Assembly (NCBI GenBank): GCA_026418905.1
Contig: JAOAAK010000041.1
Coordinates: 20,619 to 84,618, forward strand
Reading direction: 5' to 3'
From: Bacteroidales bacterium
GTDB lineage: Bacteria; Bacteroidota; Bacteroidia; Bacteroidales; DTU049
Length of the DNA: 64,000 nucleotides
Shown here: positions 30,921 through 41,796 of the stretch, piece by piece
Layout of the letters: every line of letters starts with the position of its first letter
Position numbering within the stretch: position 1 is the stretch's first letter
The notes under the pieces: generated by a model
What the model saw: the letters and a program-made list of their open reading frames with translations, nothing else
Database searches by the model: none
What the model was told of the DNA's origin: nothing
Made by a program: the position numbers and the translations under genes

Positions 30921-31847
30921 ATGTTAAGTATAGTAGTTCCATTATACAATGAAGTCGAGGTTCTTATTAGTTTTCATGATGTTTTGTACGAGGTGTTGAA
31001 TAAAATTAAAGAGCCTTTCGAATTGATTTATGTTGACGATGGAAGTACTGATGGCACAGCTCAATTATTAGAAGAACTACATCAGCAATGCGATAAGGTT
31101 AACGTGATATTTTTAACTGCAAATTTCGGACATGAAGCAGCTATGGTAGCTGGTTTGAATGCTGCTCGTGGCGAATATATTTTTTGCATGGATGGAGACT
31201 TGCAGCATCCTCCTTCGATGATACCTCATATGTTTCAGAAAATTAAAGAAGGCTATGAGTTAGTTTTGATGAGGAAATCATCTTTAAAAACTTATCCTTT
31301 ATTAAGGCTTTTGGCTACACGAGTATATTATTGCTTGTTGAAAGTTGTTTTGCCACATGGATTTGATCCATATATTTCCGATTTTTTTGTTATAAAAAAA
31401 AGAATCAGAGATATAATTGTTCGCCAATATGTTGAGAGGACCAGACTTTTACGTGGCATACTGCAATCGTTAGGTTTTAAAAAAGCCGTACTCGATTATG
31501 AACCAGGTTGGCGAAAAGCTGGTAAAAGTAAATATTCATTTACAAGTTTGGGCTTACTATCTTTAGAAATGCTCTCCATGTTTTCTGAGAAACCTCTTAG
31601 AATTGGCATTTTGTTGGGGTTTCTTATGGCGTTGTTTGCTACTATTGTTGGAATTTATTCCCTTGTGATGTATTTTATTGATAAACCTGTCTCAGGATAT
31701 ACTACTATAGTTGTTCTGCTAAGCCTTGTGTCGGCATTTCAGTTCATTTTATTGGGTATCATTGGAAATTACGTAGGTTTTGTATTTAGGGAAATAAAAA
31801 AACGCCCTCTTTACTTGATTGAGAGGACGCTTTTTCACGAATCATGA
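30921..31847 (+). CDS. GT2 family glycosyltransferase (polyprenyl-phosphate glycosyltransferase-like, two C-terminal TM helices)
   Basis: 'SIVVPLYNE', 'VDDGSTDGT', 'MDGDLQHPP', and C-terminal hydrophobic helices. Confidence 0.8.
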   Translation: MLSIVVPLYNEVEVLISFHDVLYEVLNKIKEPFELIYVDDGSTDGTAQLLEELHQQCDKVNVIFLTANFGHEAAMVAGLNAARGEYIFCMDGDLQHPPSMIPHMFQKIKEGYELVLMRKSSLKTYPLLRLLATRVYYCLLKVVLPHGFDPYISDFFVIKKRIRDIIVRQYVERTRLLRGILQSLGFKKAVLDYEPGWRKAGKSKYSFTSLGLLSLEMLSMFSEKPLRIGILLGFLMALFATIVGIYSLVMYFIDKPVSGYTTIVVLLSLVSAFQFILLGIIGNYVGFVFREIKKRPLYLIERTLFHES

Positions 31848-31853
31848 GTAAAT

Positions 31854-32684
31854 TTATTCGCCCAGGGCTAAACGGACAAATCCAGTTACTTTTAATTCAG
31901 GATCTTTCTGAGAAAGATATTTCCCTACGGTCAAAGAACTATCCATAATGTATTCCTGGTTAAGTAAAGTGTTTTCCTTCAGAAATTTGTTGAGTTTGCC
32001 GAGAGCTATATTTTCTATCATGTTTTCAGGCTTTCCTTCATTTCTCGTAGCTTCACGGGCTATCTCAAGTTCTTTGTTTTTGATATTTTCTGGTACATCA
32101 GGTATATCAACCGCAATAGGTCGCATGGAAGCTATTTGCATAGCTACGTTTTCACTGATTTCTTCAATATCATTAGTGGTTTTGTTAAAACCAACAATAA
32201 CGCCAACGCGATTATTGTGATGATTGTAGAAGCCAACAAAAGGAGCTTCGATGCAAGCATATTGAGACAATTCAATCTTTTCTCCAATTTTACCAAGCAA
32301 ATCATTAATTAAATCACTGATTGTACTGTCTTTATAAGAAAGGGAGAGAACTTCTTCAATGTTTTTTGGCTTTTTTTCAATGGAAATTGATAGAATGGTT
32401 AGAGCAGCTTTTATAAATTCTTCATTACGAGATACGAAATCAGTTTCGCAATTAAGCATGAGGATTGCTCCGAATTGCCGATCACTTGTTGTTCCGGCAA
32501 CGACGTAACCTTCATTTGCACTTCTATCTGCACGTTTGGCAGCTATTTTTTGTCCTTTTTTTCGAAGAATTTCGATAGCTTTCTCGAAATCTCCTTCGGC
32601 TTCGATGAGGGCATTCTTGCAATCCATGACCCCTGCACCGGTTCTTTCCCTTAATTTGTAAACGTCTTGAGCTGAAATGTTCAT
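31854..32684 (-). CDS. tsf: Translation elongation factor Ts
   Basis: 'VYKLRERTGAGVMDCKNALIEAEGDFEKAIEILRKKG'. The start was trimmed to ATG 32684 to remove the overlap with rpsB. Confidence 0.92.
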   Translation of the reverse strand: MNISAQDVYKLRERTGAGVMDCKNALIEAEGDFEKAIEILRKKGQKIAAKRADRSANEGYVVAGTTSDRQFGAILMLNCETDFVSRNEEFIKAALTILSISIEKKPKNIEEVLSLSYKDSTISDLINDLLGKIGEKIELSQYACIEAPFVGFYNHHNNRVGVIVGFNKTTNDIEEISENVAMQIASMRPIAVDIPDVPENIKNKELEIAREATRNEGKPENMIENIALGKLNKFLKENTLLNQEYIMDSSLTVGKYLSQKDPELKVTGFVRLALGE

Positions 32685-32694
32685 ATTAATTTTT

Positions 32695-33558
32695 TTATTC
32701 GGCTGGTTCAATGTTAATTTTTCGTATATTTCCTTTACCTGGCTTGGCTGTTATGCGTTTTCTTTTGCGCGAAGTTGCGGTCCCTTCTTCTTCGTCCATT
32801 CTATCTATTTGTAATGGTGTTGATTCATCCATCATGCTATCATGCTCTTCTTTGTCTGCTTCGGAAGTAAGTGCTTGCTCTTGTAGACCTTCTTTAATAT
32901 ATTCAGTAACTGCTTTTAATATAATTTCGATGGATTTTCCTGCATCATCGTTTGCGGGAATTGGGTAGTCGACAATCGTGGGATCAGAATTGGTGTCTAC
33001 AATTGCGAAAGTAGTTAGTCCTAAAATTCGAGCTTCTTTAACAGCAATATGTTCTTTTAAAATATCTACGATGAAAACGGCAGAAGGTAACCTTGTCATG
33101 TCGGCAATAGAGCCAAAATCACGTTCTAATTTTGCTCTTTCTCTGGTTATTTGAAGTCGTTCTCGTTTAGAAATGTTAAAAAAGGCAGGATCATTTAACA
33201 TTTTGTCAATAGCTTGCATTCTTTTGATGGTTTTTCTGATGGTTACAAAGTTAGTTAGCAATCCACCAGGCCATCTTTCGACAACATATGGCATTCTCAC
33301 AGACTTAGCAGCTTCTGCAATGATATCTTTGGCTTGTTTTTTGGTGCCAACAAAAAGTATTTTTTTCCCAGCACGAGCGAGAGCTTTTAAAATTTCGCCA
33401 CTTTCCTCAATTTTAGCAAGTGTTTTTCTCAAGTCAATGATGTGAACACCATTTTGCTCCATAAAAATATAAGGAGCCATTTTGGGATTCCACTTGCGCC
33501 TTAAATGACCAAAATGACAACCTGCTTCTATTAATTGTTCTAAAGTAACTTTACTCAT
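32695..33558 (-). CDS. rpsB: 30S ribosomal protein S2 with an acidic/basic C-terminal extension
   Basis: '[19 protein letters not shown]', 'GVHIIDL', '[10 protein letters not shown]', 'RWPGGLLTN', 'VDTNSDP'. Confidence 0.95.
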   Translation of the reverse strand: MSKVTLEQLIEAGCHFGHLRRKWNPKMAPYIFMEQNGVHIIDLRKTLAKIEESGEILKALARAGKKILFVGTKKQAKDIIAEAAKSVRMPYVVERWPGGLLTNFVTIRKTIKRMQAIDKMLNDPAFFNISKRERLQITRERAKLERDFGSIADMTRLPSAVFIVDILKEHIAVKEARILGLTTFAIVDTNSDPTIVDYPIPANDDAGKSIEIILKAVTEYIKEGLQEQALTSEADKEEHDSMMDESTPLQIDRMDEEEGTATSRKRKRITAKPGKGNIRKINIEPAE

Positions 33559-33583
33559 TATTATTGAATTAAGTTTAAACTTA

Positions 33584-33988
33584 TTATCGCTTGGAGAACT
33601 GATTTTCCTTTCTAGCCTTGGGTCTTCCGGGCTTTTTGCGTTCTACCATACGTGGATCGCGTTTGAGAAGTTCTTCTTTTTTCAATACTTCGTGCCATTC
33701 TTCATTGAAACTAACAAGTGCGCGAGCAATACCAAGACGTAGTGCTTCTGCTTGTCCTTTAACACCACCACCATCTAAAGTAGCCCGAATGTAAAACTTA
33801 TCAATCGAATCAGTAAGCTTTAAAGGTTTTTCGATTTCATGCTGATAGATCAGTACCGGAAAATATTCCTTGTAGTCTTTGCCGTTGACGATAATTTTAC
33901 CCTCCCCAGGTTTGGCTTCTTTCAAGCGAACTCGTGCTACTGCTGTTTTTCTTCTTCCTGTGGTTACGATTTCTTCTGACATAGTCAT
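33584..33988 (-). CDS. rpsI: 30S ribosomal protein S9
   Basis: '[10 protein letters not shown]', '[19 protein letters not shown]', and C-terminal '[16 protein letters not shown]'. Confidence 0.95.
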   Translation of the reverse strand: MTMSEEIVTTGRRKTAVARVRLKEAKPGEGKIIVNGKDYKEYFPVLIYQHEIEKPLKLTDSIDKFYIRATLDGGGVKGQAEALRLGIARALVSFNEEWHEVLKKEELLKRDPRMVERKKPGRPKARKENQFSKR

Positions 33989-34443
33989 TATTTAATTTCA
34001 TTAAGATTGATTACGATGGGCTGTTGGGCTTGATGTTTATGTTCCGGGCCAATGTAAACATGGAGGTTCTTGAATATTCTTCTTCCCAATCTGTTTTTTG
34101 GGAGCATTCCCCTGACAGCATGTTCCACTACGAAAGTAGGTTTTGTTTTTAATAAATGGTTAATTTTATTAAATCTTTGTCCCCCAGGGTAACCTGTATA
34201 GTAAACAAGTTCCTTTTGTAGAAGTTTTGACCCCGTTATTTTGACTTTTTCTGCGTTGATGACAATAACATTATCTCCACAATCTACATGAGGAGAATAT
34301 GATGGTTTATGTTTACCTCGTAATAAGAAGGCAACCATTGAAGCCAAACGACCCAGTGGTTGATTTTCAGCGTCCACTACTAGCCATCTTTTCTGGACAG
34401 TGTGCTTATTGACAAATTTTGTTTTATACTTGAGCGTATCCAT
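33988..34443 (-). CDS. rplM: 50S ribosomal protein L13
   Basis: 'RWLVVDAENQPLGRLAS', 'GDNVIVINAEK', 'YTGYPGG', 'AVRGMLPKN'. Confidence 0.95.
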   Translation of the reverse strand: MDTLKYKTKFVNKHTVQKRWLVVDAENQPLGRLASMVAFLLRGKHKPSYSPHVDCGDNVIVINAEKVKITGSKLLQKELVYYTGYPGGQRFNKINHLLKTKPTFVVEHAVRGMLPKNRLGRRIFKNLHVYIGPEHKHQAQQPIVINLNEIK

Positions 34444-34480
34444 GCTTAGATTTTTAAAAAATACCCCTTAAATTGGCTTG

Positions 34481-34510
34481 CAAAAGTACAAATATTTTTT
34501 GTTTTACAAA
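34481..34510 (-). promoter_or_regulatory. Putative Bacteroidota promoter for rplM-rpsI-rpsB-tsf (-33 TTTG and -7 TAnnTTTG)
   Basis: On the minus strand: TTTG (34507-34510), an 18-nt spacer, then 'tacTTTTG' (34481-34488), 37 nt upstream of the rplM ATG. Confidence 0.4.
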
Positions 34511-34531
34511 ATTTTTTTAAAAACTTTTTAA

Positions 34532-35797
34532 TTAACTACCGAAATCATCAAAGGCTATGTTTTCCTGTGGAACACCTAAATCGTCCAACATTCGAAGTAC
34601 AGCTTGTAACATAGCTGGAGGCCCGCAAAGATAGTATTCTATTTCTTCGGGCTCTGGGTGAAACTTCAAGTAATTATCATAGGCTACTTGATGAATAAAA
34701 CCAGTAAGGCCATCCCAATTGTCTTCGGGTTTGGGTTCGGATAAAGCGACATAAAATTTAAAATTGGGAAATTCTTTTTCGATACGCTGAAAATCTTCAA
34801 GATAGAACAATTCACGTTTGGATCGTCCACCATACCAAAAAGTAGCCTTACGGTTTGTTCGTCGAGTAAGAAACAAATCAAAAATATGGGATCGCATAGG
34901 TGCCATGCCGGCTCCACCACCGATAAACATCATTTCATGTTGAGTTTCTTTGATATGAAATTCACCATATGGTCCAGAAACAATAACCTTATCTCCTGGT
35001 TTTCTTGAAAAAATGTAGCTTGAGCATAGGCCTGGAGGAACCTTCATAAAAGAGTTGGTTTTTTTATCCCATGGAGGTGTTGCAATACGTACATTAAGCA
35101 TGATAATATCGTTCTCGGCAGGATGATTTGCCATGGAATAGGCTCTTACTACGGGTTCTGTAATCTTTACCTTCAGATCCCATAATCCGTACCGATCCCA
35201 TTCATCTCGATATTCTTCTTCAACTTCAATATCTTTTTTATAATCAATTGTGATGTGTGGCGGAACTTCAATTTGAATATATCCTCCACTTTTGAAATTC
35301 AGTCGTTCACCTTCTGGCAATTTAAGTACAAATTCCTTGATGAATGTAGCGACATTACGATTAGAAACAACTTCACATTCCCATTTTTTGATACCAAAGA
35401 TTTCCTCTGGAACTTGGATGGAAAGATCCTGTCGTACTTTGACTTGGCAAGCAAGTCGCCAGTGATCCAAAATTTGTTTTCTATTGAAAAAGCCAACTTC
35501 GGTAGGTAGAATTTCTCCACCCCCACTTATCACTTGAACTCGGCAGGTACCGCATGTTCCACCACCTCCGCATGCAGAAGGTAGAAAAATGTTTTTTTCA
35601 CTTAGAGTTGATAATAAGCTATTTCCAGGCTGTACTTCTACTTTACGGTCTTCATTAATGGAAATGACAACATTGCCTTGAGGTGTAAGTTTCTTTTTAG
35701 CATAAAGCAATAGTGTAACCAGAAGCATGATAACAGACAGAAAAACCAGGATGCTAGCAATAATGGTTTGTCCGAATACGGATAAGAGAATTTCCAT
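34532..35797 (-). CDS. nqrF: Na+-translocating NADH:quinone oxidoreductase subunit F
   Basis: N-terminal TM helix, 2Fe-2S '[12 protein letters not shown]', FAD 'RAYSMANHP', NADH '[11 protein letters not shown]'. Confidence 0.93.
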   Translation of the reverse strand: MEILLSVFGQTIIASILVFLSVIMLLVTLLLYAKKKLTPQGNVVISINEDRKVEVQPGNSLLSTLSEKNIFLPSACGGGGTCGTCRVQVISGGGEILPTEVGFFNRKQILDHWRLACQVKVRQDLSIQVPEEIFGIKKWECEVVSNRNVATFIKEFVLKLPEGERLNFKSGGYIQIEVPPHITIDYKKDIEVEEEYRDEWDRYGLWDLKVKITEPVVRAYSMANHPAENDIIMLNVRIATPPWDKKTNSFMKVPPGLCSSYIFSRKPGDKVIVSGPYGEFHIKETQHEMMFIGGGAGMAPMRSHIFDLFLTRRTNRKATFWYGGRSKRELFYLEDFQRIEKEFPNFKFYVALSEPKPEDNWDGLTGFIHQVAYDNYLKFHPEPEEIEYYLCGPPAMLQAVLRMLDDLGVPQENIAFDDFGS

Positions 35798-35804
35798 ACA
35801 GCTA

Positions 35805-36422
35805 TTAGATTTTTATTCCAAAAAAACTCATGAAAGCAATTCCCATCAATCCGGTTGTTATGAAGGCAATACCGAGTCCTCTGAGAGGTGCTGGAACATT
35901 AGAGTATTGCATTTTTTCGCGAATTGCAGCTAAAGCAACAATCGCTAGAAACCAGCCGATACCAGATCCCAAGCCAAAAGAAATGGCTTCGCCTAACGTT
36001 TTGAGTTCTCTTTCTTGCATAAACAATGATGCCCCCAAAATAGCACAATTTACAGCAATAAGTGGTAGAAAGATTCCAAGCGCATTGTAAAGACCAGGGA
36101 AAAATTTTTCAATCACCATTTCTACTAGTTGTACCATGGCAGCAATGGTAGCAATAAACATGATAAAACTTAGAAAACTTAAATCTATCTCTTTTAGTCC
36201 AGGATTAATCCATGATAAAGCACCAGGAAGAAGAAAAAATTTATTTAGAAGAAAATTAAGTGGTACAGTAATGACTAAAACAAATATCACTGCAATTCCA
36301 AGTCCTGCACTGGTTTTTACAGTTTTAGAAACAGCCAAGTATGAGCACATGCCTAAAAAATAGGCAAAAATCATGTTGTCAATAAAAATGCTTCTCACAA
36401 ATATGTTGGCGAGATGTTCCAT
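35805..36422 (-). CDS. nqrE: Na+-NQR subunit E
   Basis: Polytopic, 205 aa, '[11 protein letters not shown]'. Positioned between nqrD and nqrF. Confidence 0.9.
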   Translation of the reverse strand: MEHLANIFVRSIFIDNMIFAYFLGMCSYLAVSKTVKTSAGLGIAVIFVLVITVPLNFLLNKFFLLPGALSWINPGLKEIDLSFLSFIMFIATIAAMVQLVEMVIEKFFPGLYNALGIFLPLIAVNCAILGASLFMQERELKTLGEAISFGLGSGIGWFLAIVALAAIREKMQYSNVPAPLRGLGIAFITTGLMGIAFMSFFGIKI

Positions 36423-36427
36423 AGCAT

Positions 36428-37069
36428 TTAACTTTTATCAATTAATTGACGGAACTTACTTCTTTGTATCCAGATGATGATTCCAATGGTAATTAGAGCC
36501 ATGGGTGGCAGAATCATCAAACCGTTGTTTTCGTAACCAATTTCGTAAAAAACAGGGGGAATGACAGAATAACCAAATATGCTGCCTGATCCTAATAACT
36601 CTCTAAAGAAACTTACAATTACCAAAATGATTCCATATCCAGCACCATTGCCCAATCCATCTAAAAACGATTTCCATGGCTTGTTGGCCATGGCAAAAGC
36701 TTCTAATCTTCCCATCACAATGCAGTTGGTAATGATAAGGCCTACAAAAACGGAAAGTTGCTTACTTACATCGTAAACAAAAGCTTTCAATACTTGATCG
36801 ACTAGAATGACTAGAAATGCAATAACAATCAGCTGAACAATGATTCGAATACGTGGAGGAATGGTTTTTCGTATTAGAGATACAATTAAATTTGAAAAAG
36901 CAACTACGATTATCACAGCTATGGCCATAACAAGGGCAGGTTTCATTTTAACCGTAACGGCAAGAGCTGAACAGATACCCAAAACCTGAACAGTAATAGG
37001 ATTATTCAGATTTATGGGCTGTGTTATAAGTTTTCTGTTTTCTGATGAAAAAACATCATTGATTTTCAT
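36428..37069 (-). CDS. nqrD: Na+-NQR subunit D
   Basis: Polytopic, 213 aa, '[11 protein letters not shown]' and '[12 protein letters not shown]'. Confidence 0.9.
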   Translation of the reverse strand: MKINDVFSSENRKLITQPINLNNPITVQVLGICSALAVTVKMKPALVMAIAVIIVVAFSNLIVSLIRKTIPPRIRIIVQLIVIAFLVILVDQVLKAFVYDVSKQLSVFVGLIITNCIVMGRLEAFAMANKPWKSFLDGLGNGAGYGIILVIVSFFRELLGSGSIFGYSVIPPVFYEIGYENNGLMILPPMALITIGIIIWIQRSKFRQLIDKS

Positions 37070-37811
37070 GATGATATTTTTTTCTGTTTTTTTCTAAAAA
37101 AGGTTCGAAGAATTTGAGAGCTTTTTCAATCATATCGGTAGTTCCATTACTGGTAATAGTACCACCACTAATTGCATCTACATCGTGAAAGGGATCGAAT
37201 TGGGGATTGTTCTTCCCTCCCTTCACGAGGCGAACAGGTCGTAAGTCATTATTTTTGAAAATCTTTTTACCAGAAAATTGAGCCTGAAAAACAGGTGTAG
37301 AAATCTCGGCCCCTAAACCAGGTGTTTCACCTTTGTGATCAAATACTGCACCCTCGATGGTTTCAAAATCACTTTTCAGGGCCATATAACCCCAAATGGG
37401 CCCCCACAGTCCTAAACCATACATAGGGAGTACGTAAATAGTATCTTGATTTTTCTTTAGAACAAATACGGGTAATTGAGATTTTCCCTTCTCATGGTAA
37501 GTCTTGTAAGCTTCTTTAATGTTGACTTCAAAAGGAATAATTTCAGATGTTTTATTTTTATAATTGTAGGTGGAAACAATGTTACCGTTGTTGTCGACAA
37601 GGTATTCTGCAATGAGATGGCTCTTATAAATTTTTTCCGCGTTTTGTTTGTTGTTTTCTATGTGAGCACTATTTAAAATATATTGGATTTTTTCGGTTTT
37701 AATGTTAGCTTGTTGGAAAGGTTGTAAACCACTGGAAGCGAGAGCAAGCATGATACCCACAATAATAATAAGGATTGAACTATAAATAAAAATGTAACGG
37801 TTACTGAACAT
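37056..37811 (-). CDS. nqrC: Na+-NQR subunit C (FMN-binding)
   Basis: N-terminal TM helix, '[12 protein letters not shown]', 'ETPGLGAEI', and FMN-attachment-like '[10 protein letters not shown]'. Confidence 0.88.
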   Translation of the reverse strand: MFSNRYIFIYSSILIIIVGIMLALASSGLQPFQQANIKTEKIQYILNSAHIENNKQNAEKIYKSHLIAEYLVDNNGNIVSTYNYKNKTSEIIPFEVNIKEAYKTYHEKGKSQLPVFVLKKNQDTIYVLPMYGLGLWGPIWGYMALKSDFETIEGAVFDHKGETPGLGAEISTPVFQAQFSGKKIFKNNDLRPVRLVKGGKNNPQFDPFHDVDAISGGTITSNGTTDMIEKALKFFEPFLEKNRKKYHHENQ

Positions 37812-37821
37812 AACAAAGGGT

Positions 37822-39024
37822 TTAATTCAATTTAACATTTTGCATATTTAATCGTTTCATTCTTTTTCGAATGTGTCGTTGTATAACCATATGATCTATA
37901 AGAGGAGCAAAGACATTCATAAGAAGTATAGCCAGCATCATGCCTTCAGGATAAGCAGGATTGAGCACGCGAATCAAAATGGTAAAAACTCCGATCAGAA
38001 AACCATAGATTAACTTTCCACGAGGAGTTTGTGCAGCAGTGACGGGGTCAGTTGCCATGAAAACAGTTCCAAATGCAAAACCTCCTATGATAAGATGATA
38101 CCACGGTAGCATGGTCATATATGAATTCCCTTTCCAGAGATAAAAAACGGTGGCCATAAATAAGGCACCAACTACTGTACTAAGCATAATACGTAAGCTT
38201 CCCACACCAGTAACTACTAAAATAATAGCTCCCAGAAGAATCATAAGAGTAGATGTTTCACCAATTGAACCAGGTATAAAGCCTAAAAAAGCATCTATGG
38301 GTGGGTATAATTCATAAACTTTATCGATGTTGGGATCAAGGGCAGCCACAGCTAGAGGGGTAGGACCTGAGACAACATCCGCTGGTACGACCCATGGACT
38401 GTCGCCCGACATATGGGAAGGATAAGCAAAAAAGAGAAAAGCACGAGCTAGCAAAGCTGGATTCATGATGTTCATCCCCGTTCCACCAAAGGCTTCTTTA
38501 CCTATAAGAACAGCAAATGCTGTAGCTACAGCAACCATCCACAAAGGTATAGTTGGGGGAACAATTAAAGGAATAAGCAAACCACTTACAAGAAATCCTT
38601 CGTTTACTTCATGATGACGAACTTGTGCAAAAATAAATTCTATGGAAAGTCCTGTGATGTAAGTAACGATAATAATAGGTACCACTTTGACTAAACCAAA
38701 CCAAAACAATTTCCAGAAACCAACTTGTAACAATATGTCGGACCAATGAAGTCCTGCGTATTGCCTTTGATGCATGTAATGTTGAACTCCAACATTTAAG
38801 ATGCCAAAAAGCAGGGCAGGTATAAGCGCTAAAAGAACTATAGACATTACTCTTTTGCTATCGATAGCATCTCGGATATGGGAACCTGTCCCTGTGACTT
38901 TATTGGGAACAAAAAGAAAGGTTTCAAATGCATCAAATGTTGAATGTAGAAAATAAAGTTTACCTCCCTTTTGAAAATGTGGTTTTACGCGATCTAAGAA
39001 TATTCTTAATTTTTTCATTTGCAA
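37822..39024 (-). CDS. nqrB: Na+-NQR subunit B
   Basis: Polytopic, 400 aa, 'GGTGMNIMNPAL', 'VSGPTPL' (FMN site region), 'MATDPVT'. Confidence 0.9.
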   Translation of the reverse strand: MQMKKLRIFLDRVKPHFQKGGKLYFLHSTFDAFETFLFVPNKVTGTGSHIRDAIDSKRVMSIVLLALIPALLFGILNVGVQHYMHQRQYAGLHWSDILLQVGFWKLFWFGLVKVVPIIIVTYITGLSIEFIFAQVRHHEVNEGFLVSGLLIPLIVPPTIPLWMVAVATAFAVLIGKEAFGGTGMNIMNPALLARAFLFFAYPSHMSGDSPWVVPADVVSGPTPLAVAALDPNIDKVYELYPPIDAFLGFIPGSIGETSTLMILLGAIILVVTGVGSLRIMLSTVVGALFMATVFYLWKGNSYMTMLPWYHLIIGGFAFGTVFMATDPVTAAQTPRGKLIYGFLIGVFTILIRVLNPAYPEGMMLAILLMNVFAPLIDHMVIQRHIRKRMKRLNMQNVKLN

Positions 39025-39030
39025 ATGATT

Positions 39031-40386
39031 TTAATACCCTAGTTCCTTAATCATCATTAGAATACCATCGCGAATGATTTGTTGTGATTCGATCTTAGAG
39101 GCACAAACGAATTCGCACAGTGCAAAATCTTCTTCAATGACTTCATAAATACCTAATTTTTCCATCATGTCGATGTTTTTAGTAATAATAGCTTTGAGTA
39201 GATAGACAGGAAAAATATCAAAGGGAAAAACCTTGTCGTATTGATCACTGAGAATAAATGGTCTTTCACCACCATGATAATTGGTGTCGAGCCGATATTT
39301 TCTTTTTGGAAAAAGCCAGCTAAAAAAAGTGTGTGACGCACTATATTTGTTAAACCCTGGAGCAGCCCAACCCATAAATTCATAATAGTCTCCTTCTGGT
39401 ATGACTGTAATTTGTGTATCATGAAACATCAGAAAGCCATCTTTTTCAATTTTTGTTCCCGTCAATACATTTCCAGAAATAACACGAACGTTGTCTTGTA
39501 TTAAATTGTCCTTAAGTAAATTAGCAATTTGTCCTTCTGATGGAAAGAGATAAACACCTGTGGTTTTCAGTTCTGATCCTGTTAAGGCAAGTTGTCGGTA
39601 GAAAATTCTTTTTCCTGTATTAAAAACATAACCTAAAGCTACAACGTCTTGCGTGTTGAGTGTCCATACATATTCTCCTTTACGTAGAGGAGCAACGTGA
39701 TGTATATGTACACCAACATTTCCGGTTGGATGAGGACCATCAAACCATTGAATAAAAATTTGATCAGGTAAATTCTGATAAATATCAGAATTATTCTTTT
39801 TTACATGAAGGCTAAGAATTACACGTCCGGATGTAAGTTTTTGTAGCATTTTAAGTCCGACCAGGAAATGATCAAAGTTTGCTTGAATAAATGGATCAAA
39901 GGATATGGCAAGTGGAGCCGTGTCAAAACCAGTGATGAAAATGTCTCGCGGAGTGATGGAGGGATTGGCAAGAACTCCATAAGGTCTTTGTCTAATGAGA
40001 GGCCAGAAGCCAGATGTTAATAAAAATTCTATTATTTCTTCTTTTTGCATCTGATTTACTGACTGAATAGGAAAAACAGTATTATCAACAGGTTCAGTAG
40101 CTTCGATGACTATTTTTTCAAGGCGTCGTTTTTCACCTCGCGTGATTTTTTGTATTTTACCTGTCACTGGTGATGTTAAAACAATTTTTTCAATTTCTTT
40201 GTGTAAGACAATAGGTTGACCTGCCTTGACGGATTGGCCTTCTTCTACCAATAATTTGGGTTGTATGAATTTGATCACGTGGGGTTGAATGGCATAAAGA
40301 GTTGGTGTATATATTCGAGGGGTTAAATCGTTCACCTCACCCAATAAGGGGATATCAATACCCTTTTTTATCCGTATGACTTCCAT
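39031..40386 (-). CDS. nqrA: Na+-NQR subunit A
   Basis: First gene of the nqr operon. After trimming to ATG 40386 the N-terminus is 'MEVIRIKKGIDIPLLGE', as expected for NqrA. Length is about 451 aa. Confidence 0.88.
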   Translation of the reverse strand: MEVIRIKKGIDIPLLGEVNDLTPRIYTPTLYAIQPHVIKFIQPKLLVEEGQSVKAGQPIVLHKEIEKIVLTSPVTGKIQKITRGEKRRLEKIVIEATEPVDNTVFPIQSVNQMQKEEIIEFLLTSGFWPLIRQRPYGVLANPSITPRDIFITGFDTAPLAISFDPFIQANFDHFLVGLKMLQKLTSGRVILSLHVKKNNSDIYQNLPDQIFIQWFDGPHPTGNVGVHIHHVAPLRKGEYVWTLNTQDVVALGYVFNTGKRIFYRQLALTGSELKTTGVYLFPSEGQIANLLKDNLIQDNVRVISGNVLTGTKIEKDGFLMFHDTQITVIPEGDYYEFMGWAAPGFNKYSASHTFFSWLFPKRKYRLDTNYHGGERPFILSDQYDKVFPFDIFPVYLLKAIITKNIDMMEKLGIYEVIEEDFALCEFVCASKIESQQIIRDGILMMIKELGY

Positions 40387-40409
40387 GATTAATAATGAAT
40401 AAAATCGTG

Positions 40410-40417
40410 CAAAAATA
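40410..40417 (-). promoter_or_regulatory. Putative -7 box (TAnnTTTG) for the nqr operon
   Basis: Minus-strand 'tattTTTG' (plus-strand caaaaata), 23 nt upstream of the trimmed nqrA ATG. Confidence 0.3.
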
Positions 40418-40479
40418 CATTTTATTTGCTTTATTTTGCACATGAGTTATATAGGACATTTAAACCAAAAAAATTGATA

Positions 40480-41793
40480 ATGAGAGCAAAATATTTTCGC
40501 TTGATATATATCAGTTTTACTACATGCTTTTTTGCTTGTAAAACATCAAATAACTTTATTACTTCACAAAACAATGATTTTTATTCACAAGACAGAATAA
40601 AAACCATCAACTACGTTTACGATCCAAATGTCAGATCGGTGGTTGTTGCCCCAAAAGATTGGTCATTTGGTTTTCCAATTATATTACTGAATAAAATAGT
40701 GCCACTAGAAATATCCTTTGACCTATTAGGAGATACATACAAAGAATTTCATTATCGCATTAGATATTGCGACATGAAGTGGCAGAAACTCGATATCCCT
40801 TTTTTTGAGTATGCTGAGGGATACGAAGACAATGTGATTGAGAATTTTTCTCTATCAAGATCTTATCCTATATCGTACGTCCATTATTCATTTCAAATCC
40901 CTAATGATAAACTAAAACCATTGCGTAGTGGTAACTATTTGTTAGAAGTGTTTCATTTTGATGAGAAAGGAAATGAAAAGCTGACCTTTGTTCATCGTTT
41001 TATGGTGTCGGAGCAAATTTTGCCCATCGAACTAACAGTCAAAAAAGCTGATGATATCGAGAAGAGATCTACTCATCATCAAATTGAAATTAAACTAAAT
41101 CCTAGTTTTCTACAAAATCCTTTAAACAACGTGCGAATCGTAGTTTTACAAAACAAGCGTTGGGACAATGCATTATACCTTGATAATCCTGACTACATCA
41201 GAGAAGAAGGATGGATTTATCGGAATCAAACCAAATATCTTTTTCCCTCCATGAATGATTTTCGAGCAATAAACATTAAAAGTTTGCATTCCGTCAACGA
41301 ATGGGTTCAAAACATGAAGGGCAATCATGTTTATCTGAAGCCTATCATGCCTAGAAATTCTGCACCATACATTTCTTTTCCTGATCTAAACGGCGCTTTT
41401 ATAGTAAAGTCAGATGATGATCTTAACACCAATGTAGATGGCGAGTATGTTTTCGTGCACATGAAGATGCCTTATTCTTCACCCAGGAAAGATGGCTATT
41501 TCTATGTTACTGGCGACTTTACAGCTTGGTCTACTGATACATTATACCGTATGAAATACAATGACTCCACTAGATCGTATGAAGCAACCTTACTTCTTAA
41601 GCAAGGATATTACAATTATCAAATAGCTTTTTTGCCTATAGGTAAAAATTCCTTTGACTTTTCTCTTGTGGAAGGTTACATTTCTGAAGCTGATAACGAT
41701 TATTTTGTATTCGTTTATTTCAGAGATCCCGCAACACTTTATGATAGACTCATTGGTTTTGAGGTCAAAAGAACCCCTCGTGGATGGTTGTGA
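40480..41793 (+). CDS. DUF5103 / T9SS plug-like protein
   Basis: Lipoprotein-like signal 'MRAKYFRLIYISFTTCFFAC'. 'LEISFDLLGDTYKEFHYRIRYCDMKW', 'YVHYSFQIPND', 'RSGNYLLEVF' match my recollection of the DUF5103 family pattern. The ORF-track TTG start at 40426 was trimmed. Confidence 0.5.
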   Translation: MRAKYFRLIYISFTTCFFACKTSNNFITSQNNDFYSQDRIKTINYVYDPNVRSVVVAPKDWSFGFPIILLNKIVPLEISFDLLGDTYKEFHYRIRYCDMKWQKLDIPFFEYAEGYEDNVIENFSLSRSYPISYVHYSFQIPNDKLKPLRSGNYLLEVFHFDEKGNEKLTFVHRFMVSEQILPIELTVKKADDIEKRSTHHQIEIKLNPSFLQNPLNNVRIVVLQNKRWDNALYLDNPDYIREEGWIYRNQTKYLFPSMNDFRAINIKSLHSVNEWVQNMKGNHVYLKPIMPRNSAPYISFPDLNGAFIVKSDDDLNTNVDGEYVFVHMKMPYSSPRKDGYFYVTGDFTAWSTDTLYRMKYNDSTRSYEATLLLKQGYYNYQIAFLPIGKNSFDFSLVEGYISEADNDYFVFVYFRDPATLYDRLIGFEVKRTPRGWL

Positions 41794-41796
41794 GAG

